IMG/VR virus record: IMGVR_UViG_3300027668_000013
Location: 1 to 64,000 of that record
Source of the DNA: a virus
DNA: 64,000 nt
Reading direction: 5' to 3' (one strand)
Both the position numbers and the translations under genes were made by a program. Positions 1-6,939 of the stretch are shown here, in pieces. Each line of letters starts with the position of its first letter. Within the stretch, counting starts at the first letter, position 1. The notes beneath the pieces were generated by a model that saw only the letters and a program-made list of their open reading frames with translations, did not search any database and had not been told where the DNA came from.

Positions 1-1
1 T

Positions 2-52
2 ACTACATGTACTCAATGTTTATCATCAAATATTAAAGAGATTAAATATTAA
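2..52 (+). CDS. 3' end of an upstream CDS (partial), CxxC-containing
   Basis: Frame 2 reads TTCTQCLSSNIKEIKY* with TAA at 50-52; CTQC suggests the second half of a zinc ribbon; start lies outside the window. Confidence 0.4.
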   Translation, partial: TTCTQCLSSNIKEIKY

Positions 53-64
53 AGAGATTAAATA
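28..64. repeat. 16-bp tandem duplication AAATATTAAAGAGATT x2 plus partial AAATA
   Basis: Identical units at 28-43 and 44-59, partial copy at 60-64. Confidence 0.9.
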
Positions 65-70
65 AACTCT

Positions 71-169
71 CCAAACATATGGCATATACGGGTTGTGTTA
101 ATTCACTGTTCAACTAAATGGAAATCTTTAGTCAGAAGAGCACCATGAGCCTAAGTGTTTGGTTTTTTT
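71..169 (+). ncRNA. Putative structured intergenic RNA / extended terminator
   Basis: Nested pairings CCAAACAT(71-78)/GTGTTTGG(155-162), GGC/GCC, GTGTT/AGCAC, CTG/CAG and ACTAAA/TTTAGT, followed by T7 (163-169); GC-richer than its flanks. Confidence 0.45.
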
Positions 170-186
170 AATTTAAAGAAATAATT

Positions 187-405
187 ATGAAAGCAGAAAA
201 CTATACATACTATGAAGTTGAAGTAACAGTAACTAAAAAGATTACTATTTTTTTAGATTTTGATGAATTAGATACTGAATTTACTCCCAAAAACTATACT
301 GTAGAAGATTACGCTATAGATGATGTGGTTAACGGTAGACATTTATCATTAGGGAAAAAAGATATAAATAAAGTAGAAGTAAAAAACATGATAATAAAAA
401 AATAG
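187..405 (+). CDS. Hypothetical protein (72 aa)
   Basis: ORF with A-rich leader, 4 nt from the next gene. Confidence 0.7.
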   Translation: MKAENYTYYEVEVTVTKKITIFLDFDELDTEFTPKNYTVEDYAIDDVVNGRHLSLGKKDINKVEVKNMIIKK

Positions 406-409
406 AACT

Positions 410-1906
410 ATGAAAACAATGATAAACATACCAGTAGATAAACTGGATACGCAAAGGTATATCCGGCAACTACGGTGTGTAGTTCGTTGGATGAAAGACT
501 ATAATGCTCGTGGCACTATCGAAGCTGCTACAGGCTTTGGTAAGTCTACATTAGGCTTGATTATTAAAGCTAAAATGAAGACGTTTACAACAATGAAGTA
601 CGGTGGTAAAGTTATTATCGTTGTACCTACTACACCTCTTAAAAAACAATGGGAAAACGTAATGAAAGACCTGGGTTTCTATGAAAACATAGAAGTACAT
701 GTTATTAATACAGTTGCGTTATCTAATGGTTTTTATAGAGATACAGATTTACTTATTATTGATGAAATCCATCTAATGGCTGCTGAAAAGTTTTCCAGAA
801 TATTCGAAAGGATTAACTACAGTTGGATATTAGGATTGACTGCAACGCTTAGTCGATTAGATGGTAAAGAAAGACTCCTTAAACGATTTGCTCCTATTTG
901 TGATTCCATTTCACAGAAAGAAGCTATTAGTAAGGGTTGGATTTCTGATTTTATAGAGTTTAATCTTGCTGTTCCTGTCTCAAGAGAGGAAGCAGAAAGA
1001 CAAATGTCTTTAAATAAAGAAGTTCGTTATTTTATGTCCAAGTTTGGCGATTTTAATCTGTTATTATCATGTTTAAAATCTTCAAATGCAAAGCTTTATG
1101 CACAGCAAAACAATTATGACGAGAAAGATGTAATGAAATGGGCTCGTCAAGGTATGCGGGTAATCACAGAGCGTAAAAGACTCTTAGAAATGCCCCAGCG
1201 TAAGATAGATGTGGCGGCTGAACTTATAAAAGAGTTTAGCTTAAAAACTATCACATTTTCTCAAGCTGCTGATTTTGCAGATGCTGTTGCAGCTAAACTT
1301 GGAGACACAGCTTTAACTTATCACTCAAACATGAGCTCAAAAACAATCAAAGTAGATCAAAAGAAGATTTACAAAACAGAAAAAGGAGCTCTGAATAATG
1401 TAGAAAAGTTAAAGTTAAAAGACGGAGTTAGTAAAGTTATGTATTACGAAAGTAAGAAGAAGGACTCCCAGCACGTAGTTAAGTGGAAACAAGAAAAAGT
1501 TTTCGGTGGAAGTACACTTGCTGCAGATGCAATGAGCAAATTCAAAAACAATGAAATCTCCGTATTATGTTCTGCAAAGGCATTGGATCAAGGTTTCGAC
1601 GATCCTTCTGTTAGACTCGGAGTAGATGGTTCACGTTCTATTAATCCTACGCAGCATACGCAAAGGACAGGACGTGTAGCCAGAATCTTTAAGTTAGAAA
1701 ACGGAAAGAATGCCGCTAAAATCTATGTGAATTTATACATTCCCGATTGGAGTGTTCCTAATTCACGAGATGAGAAAAAACTAAGACAATGCCAAGCTAA
1801 AAACTCTGAAAGTGTTGTGTGGGTTGATGATATCAAGGAATTAAAGTTAATGTTAAATCAAATATTAACAGACCGTGAACAAAAACCTAAAACAATTTCA
1901 GTCTGA
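410..1906 (+). CDS. Superfamily 2 DExH helicase (UvsW/XPB/ResIII-like)
   Basis: Walker A ATGFGKS, motif Ia VVPT, DEIH, motif III TAT, motif V LDQGFD, motif VI QRTGRVAR. Confidence 0.92.
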   Translation: MKTMINIPVDKLDTQRYIRQLRCVVRWMKDYNARGTIEAATGFGKSTLGLIIKAKMKTFTTMKYGGKVIIVVPTTPLKKQWENVMKDLGFYENIEVHVINTVALSNGFYRDTDLLIIDEIHLMAAEKFSRIFERINYSWILGLTATLSRLDGKERLLKRFAPICDSISQKEAISKGWISDFIEFNLAVPVSREEAERQMSLNKEVRYFMSKFGDFNLLLSCLKSSNAKLYAQQNNYDEKDVMKWARQGMRVITERKRLLEMPQRKIDVAAELIKEFSLKTITFSQAADFADAVAAKLGDTALTYHSNMSSKTIKVDQKKIYKTEKGALNNVEKLKLKDGVSKVMYYESKKKDSQHVVKWKQEKVFGGSTLAADAMSKFKNNEISVLCSAKALDQGFDDPSVRLGVDGSRSINPTQHTQRTGRVARIFKLENGKNAAKIYVNLYIPDWSVPNSRDEKKLRQCQAKNSESVVWVDDIKELKLMLNQILTDREQKPKTISV

Positions 1907-1922
1907 AAGTGTTGATAGTACC

Positions 1923-1930
1923 TATCTTTG
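1923..1930 (+). promoter_or_regulatory. Bacteroidota-type -7 promoter element TAnnTTTG
   Basis: TATCTTTG in the intergenic gap before the replication operon; no clear -33 TTTG seen. Confidence 0.45.
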
Positions 1931-1967
1931 AAAATAATATTAACTGCCAATCGGCATAATTTTTAAA

Positions 1968-2561
1968 GTGAGTATGTTATTCAATATCGAAGAAGATTTA
2001 AACCTCTGTCAAGAGTTAAAACTGACAGCAAGACAATTAATGTTTATTAAAATTCTGTATAGAGATCCTAAGTTGGATAAGAAAGAATGGCGGCTTAAAT
2101 CTTATGAGATGAGCTTGCGATTTCAAGACTTAAGTCCTCTTACTACAGATGAACTAAACGATATGGTTGAAAGAGATATTATAATGGATTTGAACACCGG
2201 AAATGGGAAAATTTATTATGATAGTTTCGAGATTAATCCAAAATACAAGAAAAAGTTCTCTATGAATATCGTATCTTGGGTGTCCGAACTTTTCGACGTA
2301 TATCCAAAGTTCTTCTATATGGAAGGTAGAAGATTCAATGCCATAACAACATCAGAAGATGACATCGCTGAGTGCTATCTGAAAGCCATAGGTAAAAGAA
2401 GAGAAACCCACGAAGAGGTTGTCTCATTAATAAAAGAGGCTGCAGACGATAGTGCTATAACAATGGGTATTGAAAAATTTATTAAAACAAAACATTGGTT
2501 ATCCTTAAAAGTTCTAAAACAAGAATCTAAAAGAATAACAAATGACTCAAAACTCGGATAG
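1968..2561 (+). CDS. Hypothetical replication-associated protein (possible initiator or helicase loader)
   Basis: Overlaps the dnaB start; position only, no diagnostic motif; ATG at 1974 is an alternative start. Confidence 0.55.
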   Translation: MSMLFNIEEDLNLCQELKLTARQLMFIKILYRDPKLDKKEWRLKSYEMSLRFQDLSPLTTDELNDMVERDIIMDLNTGNGKIYYDSFEINPKYKKKFSMNIVSWVSELFDVYPKFFYMEGRRFNAITTSEDDIAECYLKAIGKRRETHEEVVSLIKEAADDSAITMGIEKFIKTKHWLSLKVLKQESKRITNDSKLG

Positions 2562-3615
2562 GCCCAATGTTAAAATACTTGAAAAGTTCTCTTCTGCTCA
2601 TGTAGTAGAAAAGAATTTAAAGTATGTTGACGACAGACGTAAAGGACTAATTAAATCATTAGAAACGAAATTCCCAAGGCTGAATAAGAAACTAATGGGT
2701 GGTATCGAATTAGACACAATAACTTGTGTTGCTGCTTTATCTGGCGCAGGTAAGTCAACAATATCGAAATGTCTACGTGATTCTATTTATGAGCTTAATA
2801 AGAGTGTAAATAGTAAACAATACGTATTCAACTTCGAGATGTTAGCTCACCAGCAAATAGGTAGATCGGTAGTTACTGCTTCTAACAAAAGTCTTAACAA
2901 ATTGTATTCGGTTGATGAACCGCTAAGTGACTCAGAATTTAAGTATCTAAAAAACTATTACGATGGATTAAAAGATCGTGATATAGATTTTATAGAAAAC
3001 GCAGATACTGCAGAAACTATAGCTAACTCAATTGTTTACTATTGGAAGACAGAATGTGAAAAGCAAGGTAAAGTACTGATTTACGAGATTGACCATGCGC
3101 TTTTGACTAAAGGAAGACAGGGTCAAGGCGAGAAGGAACGTATAGATGACTTGATGTATGCTCTAATTGATGTGAAAAAGTATATCGCATCAAACGGAGG
3201 ACATTCAGTAGGAATTATTCTATCTCAAATGAACAGAGAAATACGTAAGATTGACAGGATTGCCAATAAGGAAATGCATAGACCAGACACCTCGTGTCTG
3301 TTCGGTGCTTCTTCTATTGAGATGTGCTGTGATTATATCGTATTCTCTCATATGCCAGGTAAATTAGGAATCAAGGATTATTGTGTTCAAAAGTACCCAA
3401 CAGTAATGTATATTGGAAAAGACAGATTTCATATACCCTATTTCGAACTCGTAAAAAATCGCTCAGGTGAACCTGACATAACTATTCCCATGTGGAATAA
3501 GTTGCACAGATTTGATTTCGACGAAATGGATATAGACGTCTTTAAAGATTTACATGAACAACATTTGGAAACTGGTGAGTGCCACCTTACTCCACAAAAA
3601 TCATTAAAAGTTTAA
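2542..3615 (+). CDS. dnaB: DnaB-like SF4 replicative helicase (ATPase domain, no N-terminal domain)
   Basis: Walker A ALSGAGKST, FNFEM, IDH, LSQMNR, GASSIE..CD, VKNRSG. Confidence 0.9.
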   Translation: MTQNSDRPNVKILEKFSSAHVVEKNLKYVDDRRKGLIKSLETKFPRLNKKLMGGIELDTITCVAALSGAGKSTISKCLRDSIYELNKSVNSKQYVFNFEMLAHQQIGRSVVTASNKSLNKLYSVDEPLSDSEFKYLKNYYDGLKDRDIDFIENADTAETIANSIVYYWKTECEKQGKVLIYEIDHALLTKGRQGQGEKERIDDLMYALIDVKKYIASNGGHSVGIILSQMNREIRKIDRIANKEMHRPDTSCLFGASSIEMCCDYIVFSHMPGKLGIKDYCVQKYPTVMYIGKDRFHIPYFELVKNRSGEPDITIPMWNKLHRFDFDEMDIDVFKDLHEQHLETGECHLTPQKSLKV

Positions 3616-3616
3616 A

Positions 3617-4345
3617 ATGGATCTACCAACAAAGCCACGTAAAATACTACGTGACAATCCCAAAGAATTAGTAATCTTTGGTAAACCCAAATGCGGTAAA
3701 ACTACAATAACTTCACATCTTACATTAGATGGAGACTGGTTATTATTAGAACTCGAAGACGGTGGTGCAGACTATGTAGAAGCAACTACATTATTTGCAA
3801 AAAGCTTATCTGATATTAAAGAGATAGGTAGCACAATCATGGCTAATGATAAACCATACAGTGGAATTATTGTAGATACTGTAACTAAACTCGAAGAATT
3901 GATAATGCCTCATGCAGCAGCTTTGTACAAGAAAACACCGATGGGTGTTAACTGGCAAGGCTCTGATGTGAGAACTTTACCAAAGGGTTCTGGTTATTTG
4001 TATATGCGACAAGCATTCTTTGAAGTGTTAGACTACATAAGATCGTGGTCTGATAATATTATCTTACTCGGACATTTGTCAGACAAGATGATCGAGAAGA
4101 AAGGCGAGGAAGTATCTGCAAAGGAATTAGACTTAACTGGTAAAATATCATCTTTGACGTGTGCAAGAGCCGATGCTATTGCATATTGTTACAGAAAAGA
4201 CAACCAAACTATTCTTAATTTCAAGAGTAGTGAGGATGTTATTTGCGGTGCAAGGTCTAAGCATTTAAAAGGACAGGAAATAGTGGTTGCCGAGTCCGAT
4301 GAAAAGGGAAATATCACATACAACTGGAATCAGGTTTATATTTAA
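3617..4345 (+). CDS. Sak4-like / AAA_24 ATPase (recombination, single-strand annealing)
   Basis: FGKPKCGKTT Walker A, LELEDG, IIVDTVT Walker B, LLGH, ADAIAY. Confidence 0.85.
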   Translation: MDLPTKPRKILRDNPKELVIFGKPKCGKTTITSHLTLDGDWLLLELEDGGADYVEATTLFAKSLSDIKEIGSTIMANDKPYSGIIVDTVTKLEELIMPHAAALYKKTPMGVNWQGSDVRTLPKGSGYLYMRQAFFEVLDYIRSWSDNIILLGHLSDKMIEKKGEEVSAKELDLTGKISSLTCARADAIAYCYRKDNQTILNFKSSEDVICGARSKHLKGQEIVVAESDEKGNITYNWNQVYI

Positions 4346-4376
4346 ACCGAATTATTAATTTTAAAAAGCATAAAAA

Positions 4377-4802
4377 ATGTTCAATTTTCAAGGATTATCA
4401 AAACAAAAGACAGTAGAAAACTTTGACGTAAAAGTATTAGCTGCATCAAGAATTAAGTTAAGTCAAAACGCTAAAAATACTATCAGTTTAACTGATGATA
4501 AGCAAGTATTCTTAGATAAAGATGTAACTACAAATTCTTTCTGGATTGCCGCAGTAGAAGAAAACGGTAAGAAACTTACTTCAACTAACACTTTTGGTCA
4601 TAAAGTATTGAACCAAGCATTAGGAGAAAATACAGAGTGGAAGATTGACATTTTAAATTCTAAAGAACACGATGGTGTTACTTATTTTCCATTATCTTTG
4701 ATAGAAAAGACAGAAGAATCTGTGAAGACAATTACATTGGATAAAGTAGGAAACACTGTAGAAGCTGTAGAATTAGAAACTACGGAAGAAGAAACAGTTT
4801 AG
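4377..4802 (+). CDS. Hypothetical protein with acidic C-terminus
   Basis: Clean ORF, A-rich leader, acidic tail VELETTEEETV. Confidence 0.75.
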   Translation: MFNFQGLSKQKTVENFDVKVLAASRIKLSQNAKNTISLTDDKQVFLDKDVTTNSFWIAAVEENGKKLTSTNTFGHKVLNQALGENTEWKIDILNSKEHDGVTYFPLSLIEKTEESVKTITLDKVGNTVEAVELETTEEETV

Positions 4803-4817
4803 TAAAAATAGTATTAT

Positions 4818-4854
4818 GAGACTTTCAATATAACGTTGGAAGTCTCTTTTTTTT
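4818..4854 (+). terminator. Rho-independent terminator
   Basis: GAGACTTTCAA / TTGGAAGTCTC stem followed by T8. Confidence 0.85.
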
Positions 4855-4884
4855 CAAAAATTTTAATAAATAAAAACAAAAATT

Positions 4885-5484
4885 ATGTTCGATTTTTCAA
4901 ACGAAGATTACACTGGCGAAAACAAGTTCGCAGAGATTAACCCAGGATTAAATGTTCCTGCAATTTTAGAAAAAGTAAGTGTTAATGACGAATCTGGAGA
5001 TTTAATTTTCTCTTTTAAAGGTAGTCAAGCTGGAAACACAGGAAGTTTTAATCACAGAGTATGGGCTAATAACTTTGATCCTGAACATGAGTATTACAAC
5101 AAAGATAGAGCAATAAGAACTATAAACTCTACTAAGCATATTTTAAAAGCGTTTTTACACGTTGATAAAGTAGATGCAATTAAGTCTAAAGACTGGTTGG
5201 GTTTTGCTAAAAGTATTGAAACAGCTATGGTTGAAAAAGTTTTTAAAGACAAAGAACTAAAACTAAAGATTGTTCTTAATAACTCAGACAAAGCTATATT
5301 CCCTACATTTCCAGACTTTATTTCGTCAAGCATGATGCCAAAAACATTTAGACTTAACGCAAAGGTAAATCCTAACACAGGTCAGCCATATGAGAGAATT
5401 ACGCCAGTTGAAATGGGAGGTAATGCAACAGAAAGTTTTGATGCAATCGCAACTAATGATGCACCAACACCTAAATTTGGATAA
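4885..5484 (+). CDS. Probable single-stranded DNA-binding protein
   Basis: Lies between the Sak4-like ATPase and the primase; beta-rich N-terminus and flexible acidic/Pro tail ending PKFG; no family-specific motif recognised. Confidence 0.5.
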   Translation: MFDFSNEDYTGENKFAEINPGLNVPAILEKVSVNDESGDLIFSFKGSQAGNTGSFNHRVWANNFDPEHEYYNKDRAIRTINSTKHILKAFLHVDKVDAIKSKDWLGFAKSIETAMVEKVFKDKELKLKIVLNNSDKAIFPTFPDFISSSMMPKTFRLNAKVNPNTGQPYERITPVEMGGNATESFDAIATNDAPTPKFG

Positions 5485-6614
5485 TGATTGAATTTTTACC
5501 AGACATAGATAAACAGTACATACTAAAACATGTTTCTGAAGAAGAAATCTATAAAAGGTATTTCAATCTTGACGTTTCGTTTGAAGGGGGAGCAAAGTTT
5601 TGTTCCCCTTTACGAAGCGACAGAAATCCCACCTGTAATTTTTTCAGACATCGTAATTCAAAAGAAATCTATTTAAAAGACCACGCAGGTCATTTTGTAG
5701 GTAATTGTTTTGATGCGGTAATGGTTTATTATGGATGTACTTTTATGAAAGCATTGCTAATAATAGCAGATGATTTCGAATTAACTAAAACGAATGTTGA
5801 ACGAATGCCTATCAAACATCAGTTGGTAGAAAGAGAAAAATCAGAAATAAAGTTTATAAAAAGAAATTGGAATCAAGAAGATAATGATTATTGGAAAAGT
5901 TATGGCATAAGTGAAGAACTGTTAGAATACTTTAATGTATACGCAGTTCAGAATGTATTTTTGAATGGAAATTTAATGTATACGTATCATAAATCAAACC
6001 CGGCATATGCATATATGTTTGGTGATGATGATATTAAAATATATTTCCCTAAAAAGAAAGAAAATAGATTCATTTGCAATACTTCCGTTACTCAAGGATA
6101 TAAACAGCTTCCCGACAAAGGCAAAATGCTTATAATAACTAAAAGTATGAAAGACATATTAGTCTTATACAACTTAGGTTATTCTGCAATAAGCTTTCAA
6201 AGCGAAACTAAATATATATCCGAAGAACAATATGATGATCTGAAAAATAGATTCGATGAAATTTATTCTCTTTATGATTTTGACCTAACTGGTATTAGAT
6301 CGGCTAATAAAATGAGAAAACTATATGGAATACCCGCATTATTCTTCACCAATGGTAGATTTGGAAAAGAGGATTTTCGTGCCAAAGATGTGTCAGACAA
6401 AATCCAGTTCATATTACACAATACACTCAAGTTATCGGATGTTAGCAGAGAGATACAACGCACAAAAAGGTTATTTATCTCAAGCAACAATGCTGCGTAT
6501 AGTAGCTTCTCACACATCTCGAAACAGAAAAAACTTAATGAATCCATTGAGCCCAGACGAGGTAACGAAAATGAAGGATTTCTACAAGGAATGGATGATT
6601 CCTGTCCCTTTTAG
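5484..6614 (+). CDS. DNA primase (zinc-binding domain plus Toprim)
   Basis: CSPLRSDRNPTC..DH zinc-binding region; Toprim IITKSMKD and YDFDLTG; KDVSD motif. Confidence 0.85.
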   Translation: MIEFLPDIDKQYILKHVSEEEIYKRYFNLDVSFEGGAKFCSPLRSDRNPTCNFFRHRNSKEIYLKDHAGHFVGNCFDAVMVYYGCTFMKALLIIADDFELTKTNVERMPIKHQLVEREKSEIKFIKRNWNQEDNDYWKSYGISEELLEYFNVYAVQNVFLNGNLMYTYHKSNPAYAYMFGDDDIKIYFPKKKENRFICNTSVTQGYKQLPDKGKMLIITKSMKDILVLYNLGYSAISFQSETKYISEEQYDDLKNRFDEIYSLYDFDLTGIRSANKMRKLYGIPALFFTNGRFGKEDFRAKDVSDKIQFILHNTLKLSDVSREIQRTKRLFISSNNAAYSSFSHISKQKKLNESIEPRRGNENEGFLQGMDDSCPF

Positions 6615-6939
6615 AGATGTATCTGGAAAACATCTTTCACTTGGAGATGTAATATACCGAATTGATTATAATAGACTTGTGTTATCAGTTGTTAGTAGAA
6701 TGACAGAAAGTGGCACTTTAACCTTTTTAGAATGTTATTACCCATTATGGGGAAAACAATCAGAAGGAGCACCTACAACTTATAATTACACTGAAGATGG
6801 AATACCTACTGAAAAAGTAGTAAGAACAGAAGGTCATAGTTCTGGTTATGATTCATCTAAGTATATTAAAATAGAAAAGAACGCATTAAGTGAGTTTCAA
6901 AAGAAGCTTATCAAAGACAAACTAAAAATTACAATTTAA
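6538..6939 (+). CDS. Hypothetical protein (~133 aa; start revised from 6325)
   Basis: ATG at 6538 follows A-rich AAAAAACTTA; D..GK.L..GD.I pattern typical of small phage beta-barrel proteins; stop overlaps the rIIA start. Confidence 0.6.
   Translation: MNPLSPDEVTKMKDFYKEWMIPVPFRDVSGKHLSLGDVIYRIDYNRLVLSVVSRMTESGTLTFLECYYPLWGKQSEGAPTTYNYTEDGIPTEKVVRTEGHSSGYDSSKYIKIEKNALSEFQKKLIKDKLKITI

Noticed and set aside
28-64. CRISPR-like mini-array
   Set aside because: The repeats are directly adjacent with no spacers and there are no cas genes; the PD-(D/E)XK protein at 12262 lacks the Cas4 Fe-S cysteines.
6325-6537. N-terminal 71 codons of the 204-aa ORF 6325..6939
   Set aside because: They overlap the primase Toprim region in another frame; ATG 6538 has a better leader.
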